Source: an uncultured Candidatus Saccharibacteria bacterium
GTDB lineage: Bacteria > Patescibacteriota > WWE3 > UBA101185 > UBA10185
NCBI GenBank assembly: GCA_964510435.1
Contig: CAZEBU010000001.1
Location: forward strand, 144,791 to 208,790
Length of the DNA stretch: 64,000 nucleotides
Direction of reading: 5' to 3'
Positions within the stretch are counted from its first letter, which is position 1. Each line of letters starts with the position of its first letter. Of the stretch, positions 25,545 through 35,714 are shown in pieces. A program made the translations under genes and the position numbers. The notes under the pieces are model-generated. The model did not search any database. It saw only the letters and a list, made by a program, of their open reading frames with translations, and had not been told where the DNA came from.

Positions 25545-27218
25545 CTACATCATCCCGGGCATGCCGCCCATACCACCCATGCCGCCCATACCTCCACCAG
25601 CACCTCCAGCGCCTGGTGAATGGTCGTGTTCTTCGGGTAGATCAGCCACTAAACATTCGGTGATAATAACCATAGTAGCCACGGAAACTGCGTTCTGTAG
25701 AGCACTACGAGTAACTTTGGCCGGATCAATAATACCTGCGCTAATCATGTCTACATATTCCATGACCAAAACGTCTAAGCCTATGTTGGGGTTGTTCTTT
25801 TCAGAAGTCTGTGCTTCCAATTCAGCTAATACCTTTCCTGCATCCGCTCCGGCATTACCGACAATAATACGGGTTGGCTGTTCCAAAGCCTCGTATAATA
25901 TTCTCGCGCCGGTTTCTTCGTCACCATCAAGTTTAAGATTATTGATGGCATCACGCGCTCTCAGATAGACAACACCGCCTCCTGGAACAACACCTTCCTC
26001 TACAGCAGCTTTTGTAGCGTTTACCGCATCTTCTACGCGTAGTTTCTTCTCTTTCATTTCGGACTCAGTGGCTGCACCTACGCTGATTTCCGCTACTCCA
26101 CCGGTCAATTTGGCCAGCCTTTCCACAAGTTTCTCTTTATCATACTCAGAGGTAGTGTTTTCAATCTGATTTTCTATCTGAGTCACTCGTGCCTTAATAT
26201 CCTTTGTGGCGCCTTTTCCTCCTACAATGGTTGTGCTTTCTTTGTCCGAAATCACCCGATCGGCCCTTCCCAAATCTTCTACCGCTACTGAATCCAATTT
26301 TCGTCCCATATCCTCGCTGATCAAGGTGGCTTTAGTGAGAACAGCAATATCTTCCAGCATAGACTTCCTACGATCGCCAAATCCCGGAGCCTTTACTGCC
26401 AAAACATTGAAGGTTCCTCTTAGTTTATTGAGCACTAACGTAGCTAAGGCCTCACCATCAATATCTTCAGCTATAATGACCAAGTTTTTGGAAACCTGCA
26501 CAAAGTTTTCTAGCATGGGGAGCATTTCCTGCAAATTGGAAATTTTAAAATCGGTCACTAAAATGTAGGGTTCCTCAATTTCCGCTTCCATCTTGTCCGC
26601 ATTGGTCACAAAATAAGGAGAGGCGTAACCTTTCTCAAACTGCATACCCTCTTTATATTCGAGGTCTATGCCAAAACCCTTACCCTCATTAACGGTAATT
26701 ACACCATTGTCGCCAACTTTTTCCATAGTTTCCGCGACCAAATCACCAATTTCCTTATCCTGTGCTGAATTTGCCGCTATCTGTGCTTTTTCCTCTTTGG
26801 AAGAAATGTCTTTGGCAATTTTTTTAATTTCTCCTATCACAGCTGCAGAAGCCTTTTCCAGACCTCTCCTGATTATCATAGGGTTTGCTCCGGCACTGAC
26901 ATTCTTTAGCCCTCCGGTAACTAATGCCTGCGCGAGTACAACAGCAGTGGTTGTCCCATCACCCGCTACCTCATTAGTTTTACTGGCTGCTTCTTTTACT
27001 ACCTGCGCACCCATATTTTCAAATTTATCCTCAAGCTCTATCTCTTTAGCCACGGTTACTCCATCATTAACTACATGAGGAGCTCCCCAGCTTTTGTCAA
27101 TGGCCACGTTCCTGCCTTTGGCACCAAGTGTAATGGCTAAGGCTTTGCTTAGTGCGTCAACGCCAATTTTTAATTTGCTCCTGGCTTCTTCTCCATAAAT
27201 AATTTGCTTTACTGACAT
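25545..27218 (-). CDS. groL: Chaperonin GroEL
   Basis: 557 aa with canonical GroEL sequence ([24 protein letters not shown]-terminal GGM repeats [20 protein letters not shown]). Confidence 0.95.
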   Translation of the reverse strand: MSVKQIIYGEEARSKLKIGVDALSKALAITLGAKGRNVAIDKSWGAPHVVNDGVTVAKEIELEDKFENMGAQVVKEAASKTNEVAGDGTTTAVVLAQALVTGGLKNVSAGANPMIIRRGLEKASAAVIGEIKKIAKDISSKEEKAQIAANSAQDKEIGDLVAETMEKVGDNGVITVNEGKGFGIDLEYKEGMQFEKGYASPYFVTNADKMEAEIEEPYILVTDFKISNLQEMLPMLENFVQVSKNLVIIAEDIDGEALATLVLNKLRGTFNVLAVKAPGFGDRRKSMLEDIAVLTKATLISEDMGRKLDSVAVEDLGRADRVISDKESTTIVGGKGATKDIKARVTQIENQIENTTSEYDKEKLVERLAKLTGGVAEISVGAATESEMKEKKLRVEDAVNATKAAVEEGVVPGGGVVYLRARDAINNLKLDGDEETGARILYEALEQPTRIIVGNAGADAGKVLAELEAQTSEKNNPNIGLDVLVMEYVDMISAGIIDPAKVTRSALQNAVSVATMVIITECLVADLPEEHDHSPGAGGAGGGMGGMGGMGGMPGMM

Positions 27219-27231
27219 AATTTTCTCCTAC

Positions 27232-27525
27232 TTAATCTTCCACTGTGGCCAAAACATCTTCTTGTTTTACAAGAAGCATATCCTTGCCGTCAGCTTTAAC
27301 TTCTGTACCAACCCATTTTTTATACATAACTATGTCTCCGGCCTTGACCACCATGGACACTTTTTTTCCATCAGCGTTGGTGGTTCCGGAACCAACAGCG
27401 ACGATTTTTCCTTTTTGGGGCTTCTCTTTTGCAGAATCAGGAATAACAATTCCCGAAGGTAAAGTTGTTTCCTTTTCTAAAGGTTCTATCAATAAATAAT
27501 CGAATAGCGGTTTTATTTTAGACAT
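27232..27525 (-). CDS. groS: Co-chaperonin GroES
   Basis: 97 aa. PLxDRVL-like PLFDYLLIEP, mobile loop, position directly upstream of groL. Confidence 0.95.
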   Translation of the reverse strand: MSKIKPLFDYLLIEPLEKETTLPSGIVIPDSAKEKPQKGKIVAVGSGTTNADGKKVSMVVKAGDIVMYKKWVGTEVKADGKDMLLVKQEDVLATVED

Positions 27526-27600
27526 AAATTTTTCCTCTAACTAATTTTTGCGCGTGCATAAAATAGCACCCTTAAGCTTAAGGTGTCAAGGGGAGATTTT

Positions 27601-29460
27601 CTAAGACCTTGATTTAGCGTAAACTCTAAACATGTTTTCCCCGATTTTCTCTTGTTTGTAGATACTAATGGGGTCGATCTCCGAAGTATTGCTTACGTGG
27701 GGACCCCCGCAAAACTCTTTACTGACGGCATTCTCCAACGTCTCCCCAATATAATAAACCTTTACCTGATCACTGTATTTTTCGTGAAAGGCGTGTATGG
27801 CTCCCGTTTCCAAGGCTCTTTCTTTAGGCATGATGGCAAATTTCACCGGTAGTGCTTTTTTGATATCTTCGTTGATAATTTCCTCGATTTGTTGTATCTG
27901 CTCTTTGGTAAGTTTCTCCGCATAATTGAAATCAAACCTTAGTCTTTCACCGGTGATGTTGCTACCGTGCTGCACCACTTGTTCACCTAAAACTTTTCTC
28001 AGCGCCAAGTGTAGTAGGTGAGTGGCCGTGTGGTATTTGACCACCTGTTCAGAATGATCCGCCAGACCTCCGGCAAATTTTTTGCCTGCACCTTCCCGGG
28101 ATTTTTCTTGGTGCTTTAAGTTCTCTTCTACACCATACTTTAGGTACAATTTCTCATCTATTGGAAGTCCTCTTTCTTTATCATCCTCTAAAGACATCTC
28201 AATCGGATATCCATCGGATTGATAACTCACAGTGGCCAAACTAGACAACGCTTTGGTAATTTCGGTAATATTAAACGGTCTATCTCCATAGCTACTGAGA
28301 TATTTTTCAATTTTCCTTTCTCTCTTAGGTTTTGCAACACGTAAGGTTTTCCTAAACTTATCCTCCTCCTGAGAAAACACCTCCTGGATCTCACTACCTT
28401 TTTCCCGCAAATCCGGGTACAACCATGAAAACATTTCTACAACTACCGGCACCAAACTCACCGAAATATCTTTTTCCAATCCCAAAACCCTTCCGTTACG
28501 TACGATCCTTCTTAACAACCTGCGCAATATATAACCCTGGTCTTTATTACTAGGAAAAACCCCATCCATAGACAAGAGAGTAGCTGCTCTCATATGGTCG
28601 GCCACGATTCTCATAGCTTTGGTATCGCTTTTCTCGTTAAGGTAATCTTTGCCGCTCATCTTTTCCAAACCTTGAATAATGGGGTAAAAGTTATCGGTCA
28701 AATAAATGTCGTTTTTGCCTTGTACAACCATAGCCATTCTTTCCAAACCACCACCAAAATCAACATTTTTCTGCGCAAGCTCTTCCCAACCGCCGGTGAC
28801 TTTTCTATACTGCATAAAAACCGAGTTTCCTATTTCTATGAAATCTTGTTGGTCCTCCGCAGGATTTTTACCAAAGCCATCTCCCTCTTCGCCAATGTAA
28901 TAAAACACTTCGCTATCGGGACCTCCCAGCTCGCCAACCGCCTCACCTCGTTGCCACCAATTTTCCTCTTTTCCATAGGCAAAAATCCTTTCATCTTCTT
29001 TAGCTTCAACACCATACTTAGCAAAAACCTCTTTAATAATTTCCACAGAAACGTTATCCCTAGGCGCATCCTCATTTCCCTCAAACACTGAGGCATACAT
29101 TTTCTTTGGTTCTAATCCCAGCTCGTCCACTAAAAACTCGTAGAACCACTCCAGCTGCTCCTGTTTAAAATAATCCCCTAAGCTCCAATTTCCCAACATA
29201 TGAAATGCGGTAGTATGCCTATTAGTCTCTCCCACGTTGTCCAGATCTTCGAAAAATCTTAGGCACCTTTGCACATTCATGATCCTTTTACCTAAAGGGT
29301 GAGGCTCGCCGGAAAGATAAGGTACCAAAGGAAACATACCCGAATTGACATATAAAAGGGTGGGGTCATTTTCAGGCACTAGGGAAACATTGGGCACTTG
29401 CTTGTGCCCTCTCTTTTCGAAAAAAGATAAATAGTTTTCCAAGATCTCACTAGATTTCAT
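27601..29460 (-). CDS. alaS: Alanine--tRNA ligase, short form (catalytic + tRNA-recognition + editing domains; no C-Ala domain)
   Basis: FFEKRGHKQVPNVSLVPENDPTLLYVNSGMFPLVPY (class II AlaRS N-terminus) and the editing-domain HTATHLLHLALRKVLG (HxxxH). The ORF track start at 29511 is rejected because it overlaps tRNA-Cys; the start is taken at Met18 (ATG complement at 29458-29460). Confidence 0.9.
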   Translation of the reverse strand: MKSSEILENYLSFFEKRGHKQVPNVSLVPENDPTLLYVNSGMFPLVPYLSGEPHPLGKRIMNVQRCLRFFEDLDNVGETNRHTTAFHMLGNWSLGDYFKQEQLEWFYEFLVDELGLEPKKMYASVFEGNEDAPRDNVSVEIIKEVFAKYGVEAKEDERIFAYGKEENWWQRGEAVGELGGPDSEVFYYIGEEGDGFGKNPAEDQQDFIEIGNSVFMQYRKVTGGWEELAQKNVDFGGGLERMAMVVQGKNDIYLTDNFYPIIQGLEKMSGKDYLNEKSDTKAMRIVADHMRAATLLSMDGVFPSNKDQGYILRRLLRRIVRNGRVLGLEKDISVSLVPVVVEMFSWLYPDLREKGSEIQEVFSQEEDKFRKTLRVAKPKRERKIEKYLSSYGDRPFNITEITKALSSLATVSYQSDGYPIEMSLEDDKERGLPIDEKLYLKYGVEENLKHQEKSREGAGKKFAGGLADHSEQVVKYHTATHLLHLALRKVLGEQVVQHGSNITGERLRFDFNYAEKLTKEQIQQIEEIINEDIKKALPVKFAIMPKERALETGAIHAFHEKYSDQVKVYYIGETLENAVSKEFCGGPHVSNTSEIDPISIYKQEKIGENMFRVYAKSRS

Positions 29461-29479
29461 TCGGTACCCTTTAAAAGAA

Positions 29480-29554
29480 TGGAGGCGCAGAGGGGAATCG
29501 AACCCCCGCATCGAGGTTTTGCAGACCCCAGCGTTTCCACTTCGCCACTGCGCC
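29480..29554 (-). tRNA. tRNA-Cys (anticodon GCA)
   Basis: Reverse complement reads GGCGCAGTGGCGAAGTGGAAACGCTGGGGTCTGCAAAACCTCGATGCGGGGGTTCGATTCCCCTCTGCGCCTCCA. Acceptor stem GGCGCAG/CTGCGCC, anticodon loop CTGCAAA (T33, GCA, A37), T-arm GGGGG-TTCGATT-CCCCC, encoded CCA end. Confidence 0.75.
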
Positions 29555-29655
29555 CTATAAAAATCATAAAAAACACTTTTATACCGTGATTACAATTGAT
29601 ATTTTATCATTAACATGATAATTTACACATGTATCTTCCTGTCTAACATAAATAT

Positions 29656-30909
29656 ATGGCCATCTCAACATTACAACCTGTCCAAGTAAAATCTCATAAG
29701 TTTAGGTATTCGAATATAATAATTTATATTTCCGCTGTACTATTGGCTGCGGTGTTAATTTTTTTTGGGAAAAGCATCTTTAGCGGTATAAAAAATTTGC
29801 GAAGTAAGTCTGCCATATCTGTGGGTGTCTTCAATGGTCGTGCGGAACTATTTTTAAATGACGAGATGCTGGGTGTAACCCCATTTGAATCAGAAGAGAT
29901 AAAACCGGGAAATAACAAGATCACCTTAAGGTCTTCGAATATGCAGTACGAGACAACCATCAACTTCTTGTCCAATTCAGACAAATATATTCACAAAGTG
30001 GGTATTTTTAGGGATTTGGGTATCTCTGATCTCTTCTCGTCCGGACAGGATCTGTGGTTCGAAGAAAACACTTCCGGAGTAGTCTTAAGAGTAATTTCCG
30101 AACCTACCGGCTCTTCTGTATTTGTTGACGGTACGGAAATAGGCAAAACACCTTTTACCTCCACTAAGCTTTCTGAGGGAGATTATGATCTTAGAGTTGA
30201 GCACGTAGGTTACGAGCCTCAAAAAGCCAGAATAAGGATCCAAGAAGGTTACACTTCAAATGTTTCCATAAAGCTTTTTCCTATGCCTGTACCCTCCAGG
30301 ATCAGCTCATTTGAAGGATCGGATAATCTTTACGACGCCGCCTCAGATAACAACCAGATTATCTCGGACACGGAAACTTGGGTAAAAGCTATAGTCTATT
30401 GGAATCAAACAAGAGGAATTAACCTTGAAGGAGTGGGTATAAATAAAGATCTGGTTTTCGATTATTTTGTAGACTATAAAGGAAATATATTTGATCTCAG
30501 GGGTGATTTAATTACAGACATAGAAAATAATGAGGATATCAAAGACGCAGACCGAGGAGCTTATTTAGGTAGGATCTCCGATGGGCTGGGATTAACCGAA
30601 CCTGCTACAGAGGCTTTAAAAAAATTCAAGAATATTAGGCTTACCACAACAACCACAAAAGCAAAGATTCTCCCTACGGGAACCGGTTGGTTGAGAGTAC
30701 GAAACGATCCGAGCATTAACGGGTCTGAAGTAACAAAAGTGGACGTTGGAAAAGAATACCCATTACTAGAGGAGGGAACTGATTGGGTAAAGATCCTTGT
30801 TTCAGAGGAAATAGAGGGTTGGGTATCAAAAACTTATGTGGAAATTACCAACGTAGCAGAGGAGGTTGTCGAGGAACTTAGCACAGAGTCGGCGGATTTA
30901 GTTGAATGA
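29656..30909 (+). CDS. Membrane-anchored protein with two PEGA-like beta domains and a C-terminal SH3b-like domain
   Basis: N-terminal TM (IIIYISAVLLAAVLIFF). PEGA-like segments (RAELFLNDEMLGVTPFESEEIKPGNNKITL; VLRVISEPTGSSVFVDGTEIGKTPFTSTKLSEGDYDLRV). C-terminal GWLRVRNDPSINGSEVTKVDVGKEYPLLEEGTDWVKI is SH3b-like. Confidence 0.5.
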   Translation: MAISTLQPVQVKSHKFRYSNIIIYISAVLLAAVLIFFGKSIFSGIKNLRSKSAISVGVFNGRAELFLNDEMLGVTPFESEEIKPGNNKITLRSSNMQYETTINFLSNSDKYIHKVGIFRDLGISDLFSSGQDLWFEENTSGVVLRVISEPTGSSVFVDGTEIGKTPFTSTKLSEGDYDLRVEHVGYEPQKARIRIQEGYTSNVSIKLFPMPVPSRISSFEGSDNLYDAASDNNQIISDTETWVKAIVYWNQTRGINLEGVGINKDLVFDYFVDYKGNIFDLRGDLITDIENNEDIKDADRGAYLGRISDGLGLTEPATEALKKFKNIRLTTTTTKAKILPTGTGWLRVRNDPSINGSEVTKVDVGKEYPLLEEGTDWVKILVSEEIEGWVSKTYVEITNVAEEVVEELSTESADLVE

Positions 30910-31491
30910 TTCGTGCCACTCCAAGATTTCCGGACGCAGCTGTCTAACCTTTTCCAGACTAATCTCAAAGTCCTCTGTTAAGAATAGTTTCCTCTCATAT
31001 TCTGCCACATCTGCGAAAATCCCTAAATCATTGTCATAAGTATCTTTAAGACCTCTATAGTAATTTGCTGTCACGGGAATGTACATTTGATCTATATTAT
31101 TATCTGTAATGGGGAGTTTAATATTTTCAATTGTTAAAAAGTAATATAAGGGTATTACATTTCTCAAAGTGGCGAGATTATTGACATTTAGTTTTTCTGC
31201 TTTTTTCAGATCAGAGATGATCTCCTCTTTCAAATTACTCCTATTTTCTGCATTATCCTCCAAAACTAAGGTAGCTAATAATACTTTGGCCTTATTTCTA
31301 TGATAAGCAGGTTCCTGGTAATTACTTTCCAAAGCTCTATTAGAATAAGAAATTGCTTTTTCAAACTCTCCGCTGGCCAGGTAATTTTTTGAATATGTAT
31401 TATAAACATCAGCCATGTATAGGCTTACAAATTTTCCAAGGGCAAAAAAATAAACCACCAAAATAGTTGCTGATAATAATACCTTCCTCAT
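30898..31491 (-). CDS. Membrane-anchored hypothetical protein (TPR-like helical)
   Basis: The start is moved to Met47 (MRKVLLSATILVVYFFALG signal/TM) to avoid a 114-nt overlap with the Atl gene. Helical repeat character (AISYSNRALESNYQEPAYHRNKAKVLL). Confidence 0.4.
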   Translation of the reverse strand: MRKVLLSATILVVYFFALGKFVSLYMADVYNTYSKNYLASGEFEKAISYSNRALESNYQEPAYHRNKAKVLLATLVLEDNAENRSNLKEEIISDLKKAEKLNVNNLATLRNVIPLYYFLTIENIKLPITDNNIDQMYIPVTANYYRGLKDTYDNDLGIFADVAEYERKLFLTEDFEISLEKVRQLRPEILEWHESFN

Positions 31492-31515
31492 CGAATCAAT
31501 TATATAATACACCTC

Positions 31516-31890
31516 ATGAGTAATTTTAGAGAAAGTGTTCTCGGAATCGTTAATCAAGTTCCCAAAGGAAAAGTTGTTAGTTACGGACAAGTTGCCCTCA
31601 TGGCAGGGATTCCCCGAGCGGCTAGGCAAGTTGGTAATGTTTTATGCCGCTTTGGTGAAAATGTCACCTGGTGGAGAGTGATCAACAATGCGGGAAGGAT
31701 CAGTACTTCAGACCATGAACACGGCCCTCTTAATCAGGGAGATTACTTAAGGAAAGAGGGGGTTAAGGTTGACGATAAATTAAATATAGACATTGAAAAA
31801 TACCGCTGGAGACCAAACCTGGAAACTTTAGAAAAATTTGCATTAAAAGACGCCGAGATCCAGGAATTTATGGAGAAATTTTTCTCCTAG
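31516..31890 (+). CDS. atl: Alkyltransferase-like protein (MGMT DNA-binding domain with active-site Cys replaced by Trp)
   Basis: VVSYGQVALMAGIPRAARQVG (helix-turn-helix of the MGMT fold) and TWWRVIN in place of PCHRV. 124 aa. Confidence 0.7.
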   Translation: MSNFRESVLGIVNQVPKGKVVSYGQVALMAGIPRAARQVGNVLCRFGENVTWWRVINNAGRISTSDHEHGPLNQGDYLRKEGVKVDDKLNIDIEKYRWRPNLETLEKFALKDAEIQEFMEKFFS

Positions 31891-33073
31891 AGAGTAAAGC
31901 CAACCAAATCCAAAACATCAAGCTTGTGCTGACTGTAGGCCAGCTAAAAACGTTAGAGGTATAAAAAGCTACTAAACCTGCCACCAGATAATGTTGTTTG
32001 CTTTTCAGAGTATAGCCAATGAGTAATAAGTAAGCGACGAGAGTTAACACTCCAGATTCAACCAGAATCTCCAAATAATAATTGTGTGGCTTGTTTAAGA
32101 TAAAATTCCACTCTGAAGAGTAATTTAAAAAATCTTCCCTGAAAAAAGGGAATTCGTAAGCAAAAGTCTCAGGTCCCCTTCCTACCACAAGAGATCTTAG
32201 ATCAGAGCTTGCCATGCCCAGACTACCCTTCCATAATCCCAACCTGATCAGACCGGGATCAGACACCTTATAGCTTTGGGGGTCGGTGCTAAGAACCAAC
32301 GCGTCGCCAAGCCTATTTTTTAGATATGAAAAATTGACGGAAATCATCACTACAAAAATAAGTAAAATTCCCAAAAAAAACTTACTTAACAATTTATTCC
32401 TCAGCACAAACAGTAAATACAAAAAGCTAACCAGCAAACCGGCAATTCCGGACAATGATCCTGTAAACCAGAGAGCTATAAAGGAAATCAAAAAAGTAAA
32501 CAGCCAAAAAAATCTCTTAAAAAGATCTTGGGCATTTACTATTCTGTCAAGCACCAAAGGTAGAAGAAAAACTATATAAGCTGCAAGCCAGTTTGGCTGC
32601 CCTAGAGTAGAAAAAATTCTCGTACTATCTTGGGAAATTTGAAACATACCGTAAAGAGAAACTGGAATCAAGGCTAAGCAAAAACTGTCTTTAAGGATTT
32701 CCTCTTCCTTATCGTTAATAAAGTTTAAGATCACAAAATAAAGCCCAATAAAGATCAGGAAAGATACGGCACCTCCATTAAACCTTGAGTAATAGCCCCA
32801 CAGAGAGGTATGCAAATGGGTGGAGAAAACCACAGAAAGCATGGTACCTAAAAAATATGCAGTGACAAGTTTATTTGGCCAAACGAATTTAAGTTTGTTG
32901 TAAAACACCCTACTGACAAGAAAAAGAGCAATAATTGTCGTTCCTGCTATGTAGACAAAGAGCATTTTCGGAAACTCGTACAACTCATTTGTCATATTGC
33001 TAAAAATAAGCGGTGTCAAGAAGGCAAGCATTAAAAATAGGTAAAATATAACCCTTTTGGCTGTTAGTTTCAT
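31868..33073 (-). CDS. O-antigen ligase/polymerase-like (Wzy/WaaL-type) polytopic membrane protein
   Basis: About 11 predicted TM helices with a large loop near the C-terminal third, which is the O-antigen ligase topology. Confidence 0.45.
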   Translation of the reverse strand: MKLTAKRVIFYLFLMLAFLTPLIFSNMTNELYEFPKMLFVYIAGTTIIALFLVSRVFYNKLKFVWPNKLVTAYFLGTMLSVVFSTHLHTSLWGYYSRFNGGAVSFLIFIGLYFVILNFINDKEEEILKDSFCLALIPVSLYGMFQISQDSTRIFSTLGQPNWLAAYIVFLLPLVLDRIVNAQDLFKRFFWLFTFLISFIALWFTGSLSGIAGLLVSFLYLLFVLRNKLLSKFFLGILLIFVVMISVNFSYLKNRLGDALVLSTDPQSYKVSDPGLIRLGLWKGSLGMASSDLRSLVVGRGPETFAYEFPFFREDFLNYSSEWNFILNKPHNYYLEILVESGVLTLVAYLLLIGYTLKSKQHYLVAGLVAFYTSNVFSWPTVSTSLMFWIWLALLSRRKISP

Positions 33074-33096
33074 GCTATTATTATTATATCCTGCCT

Positions 33097-33648
33097 ATGA
33101 TATCAAGAACCCTAGTAAGATTAATAGACCAAGCTATAGCCCCCGCTATACTTCTTTTGAGCACCCGCTTGGCTTCTGTTATTCTCCTTAGCTATTTAAG
33201 CGAAATAAAGTTTACGGTTACCACTTCGGGTTTTGTTTTTGAAAACATAGAAGATTATCTTTATATCAACTCGTACTCGACTCTGGCCATGATAGTAGTT
33301 TTGGCTGTGGGTCTTTTATATATTTTACTTAAAGCCTTTATCTTTCACGACACGCATATTACGCCGCGCCTAACTGCTAAGCTTTTTCATTACAGACTTA
33401 CCACTTTGATCCAGAATTCCTTCGAACTATACTCACAGGGAGTTATTTGGCTGGTTTACCTTTACCTTATTACTATTGTCGCCATTATTCTCTCGGGATT
33501 TTCCTTAATTTATTCCTGGATCTTTTATGTGGCTGTGATCATAAGCGCCTTATCTACGGTTGTGCTGATTTTTGACGTAGAGAATGAAACAGAAATTATT
33601 CGAAACGAAAACGAACTTATTGAAGATGATACCCCAACAGGTATATAG
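33097..33648 (+). CDS. Hypothetical polytopic membrane protein
   Basis: 183 aa, 4-5 hydrophobic helices. Confidence 0.4.
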   Translation: MISRTLVRLIDQAIAPAILLLSTRLASVILLSYLSEIKFTVTTSGFVFENIEDYLYINSYSTLAMIVVLAVGLLYILLKAFIFHDTHITPRLTAKLFHYRLTTLIQNSFELYSQGVIWLVYLYLITIVAIILSGFSLIYSWIFYVAVIISALSTVVLIFDVENETEIIRNENELIEDDTPTGI

Positions 33649-34035
33649 TTTAGATAGATTATGGGTTTAGATCATAGAAAAATAGATAAAATAGGTAGAT
33701 TGGTGGTAGACTCTTTACTGTTTCTGCTCTTGTGGACCATTTTAGCCTTGCCTGCCAGTACTTTTTCCCTGCTTAAGTATGCTCCAAACAACGAGAACGT
33801 CCTTTCTCAGCAGGATATCCGCATTGGACCGCCTACTGATCCTAACGATCCTACTAAAACCTACAGAGAAGATTATTTGCTCGTTGAGGAGACTTCTCCT
33901 AGCAGTGATCTGACTCCCATTCATAACTAGACTTGTATCCATGACTTAGTTTCAATCGAAATATCCTTGTCCGGAAAAAACGGTTAAAAAAAGAAGGCAT
34001 TCAATTGCGTGTGCAAAAGAATGCCTTGTGGGCTG

Positions 34036-34548
34036 TCAGTCGGATTTCCTTTCCAAACCTCTTAGCACAAGCTTATGGAACTCGGCAACCGTTTCCTGTT
34101 CTTCAGCGGACAGGGGAGTTAGGGCGACGCTGGGGATACGTATGTGAGTTCTTGGGAAATCCACATTCTCTCCTAAGCGGCCTTTGATCAATCCTTCTGT
34201 CGAAATGACGTCCTGCATACCGTTCTTGTGCTCATAGCCTAGACCCTCAGGTAGCCAACCGCAGAAGTAGGCTATTTTGAGCGTGCCTTTGCCAAAGAGC
34301 CTTTCGATATGGTCATAGGTACTGCTTGGGGAGTTTGCTTTCACAATCTCCACATCCACCTTTTGTGGATTTCCAACATTCACATATATTGGAACATGAT
34401 CTCGATTGATCACCTCCACCTTATTGAGAGCCCTTAGTTCCGCCCTTCTCTTGATTTCGCCGTAAAAGAGCCAGGTCAACCAAAACCCTACAAATATGGC
34501 CGCAAAAACAAGGCACCTGAACCCTGGCACATCAGTTATATCAAACAT
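34036..34548 (-). CDS. Hypothetical membrane-anchored protein (GC-elevated singleton)
   Basis: 170 aa, N-terminal TM (FRCLVFAAIFVGFWLTWLFY). Local GC clearly above the flanks. Confidence 0.35.
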   Translation of the reverse strand: MFDITDVPGFRCLVFAAIFVGFWLTWLFYGEIKRRAELRALNKVEVINRDHVPIYVNVGNPQKVDVEIVKANSPSSTYDHIERLFGKGTLKIAYFCGWLPEGLGYEHKNGMQDVISTEGLIKGRLGENVDFPRTHIRIPSVALTPLSAEEQETVAEFHKLVLRGLERKSD

Positions 34549-34721
34549 CGTACTCCTCTCCTTTTCTATTCCTCTTCATATTTGAGGTTTCCACGATTTT
34601 ACAATAATAACAGTTACAAGTAAAGTGCTATAGGGCTATATTGCGGGTACACACTTTTAAAAGTTGACCTGCGCGAAGCGTAGATTCGACACGAGAAAAG
34701 TGGTGCGTCTGCAAAAACAAA

Positions 34722-35714
34722 CTACAAAATCACGGGAAATAGATAGATCACCGTAATAGTAAAAAGTCCCCAAACCACAACCGAGGCCAGCAAAGGCCAG
34801 TCTGAAAGCAAAACTCGGTCAGGAGACTCGCCTTCGTGCTTTTCGTAAATAACATACAAATACCGGGCCACCCCATAAATAACAATGGGTATGGAGAGCA
34901 TCATCCATTTGGGACTGCTCAGTATCGAAGGTAAAAACGGGGACAGCGCCAAGCTGGATGTCTCCGGAGAAATCTGAAAAACAAACAAAGAGTAGGTAAT
35001 GATGGAATAAGTCGCTGACATAGAGATCATACTATCCAGCAAATTATCCGGGTAGTGCCGTAGCGTCGCCCTAGTTTCCCCAGGATCTTCATTAGCTAAA
35101 TACTTTGCTACAATGGTTTTTTCGGACCTTCTCTTGCCAAAAGCCAGCAACAACGATAAACCAATAGTTGCCAGGGTAAGCCAAGAAGAAACAGAGGTAT
35201 CAGAAGCAAAGCCTCCGGCAAAAACCCTGATAACAAATAAGGTGGCGATGGTCAAAGAATCAAGAATAATAATGTTTTTCAAATAAAGTGTGTAAACAAT
35301 TTGAATGAGAATATAAAAAATGAGAGAAAAGGCAAAAAATGTACCTACAAAATACACAGCAAAAAGAATCGACCCAAAGACCAAGCTAAAGGCAATTAAC
35401 CAGGCGGATCTTTCGGACAATTTGCCGGAAGCTATGGGGCGGTTTTTCTTTACCGGGTGCAGCCTATCTTTGGGGGCGTCAATAATATCGTTAATGATGT
35501 AAGCGGCACTGGAAATAGCACTAAAAGCCAGAAATGCCAGGGTTGTTTTGGTAATAACAGAAACTTTAAACAAATTACCAAAAAACAACGGCGCAGCATA
35601 TACGCTGAGGTTCTTTATCCACTGCCTGGGCCTGGCTGCCCGGATTATTTGATAGATAGTTCCAATCATTGAGTTAAGTATATTCTGCCTACTAACTCGT
35701 GGCAAATATACCAA
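34722..35714 (-). CDS. UbiA-family prenyltransferase, decaprenyl-phosphate phosphoribosyltransferase (DPPR synthase)-like
   Basis: First Asp-rich motif YIINDIIDAPKDRLHPVKKNRPIASG (NDxxDxxxDR..HP.K..RP.ASG as in Rv3806c-type enzymes). About 8 TM helices. Confidence 0.7.
   Translation of the reverse strand: MVYLPRVSRQNILNSMIGTIYQIIRAARPRQWIKNLSVYAAPLFFGNLFKVSVITKTTLAFLAFSAISSAAYIINDIIDAPKDRLHPVKKNRPIASGKLSERSAWLIAFSLVFGSILFAVYFVGTFFAFSLIFYILIQIVYTLYLKNIIILDSLTIATLFVIRVFAGGFASDTSVSSWLTLATIGLSLLLAFGKRRSEKTIVAKYLANEDPGETRATLRHYPDNLLDSMISMSATYSIITYSLFVFQISPETSSLALSPFLPSILSSPKWMMLSIPIVIYGVARYLYVIYEKHEGESPDRVLLSDWPLLASVVVWGLFTITVIYLFPVIL

Noticed and set aside
25561-27078. Three plus-strand ORFs (135, 120, 136 aa) inside groEL
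   Set aside because: Antisense to a highly conserved gene. Ala/Ser/Pro/Thr-rich low-complexity translations, characteristic of shadow ORFs.
29461-29511. First 17 codons of the track alaS ORF (MRGFDSPLRLHSFKGYR)
   Set aside because: This stretch is the reverse complement of the tRNA-Cys body (29480-29554). The conserved AlaRS N-terminus starts at the next Met.
35600-35615. DnaA box TTATCCAC
   Set aside because: A single occurrence inside a CDS far from dnaN, with no clustered boxes or AT-rich DUE; taken as chance.
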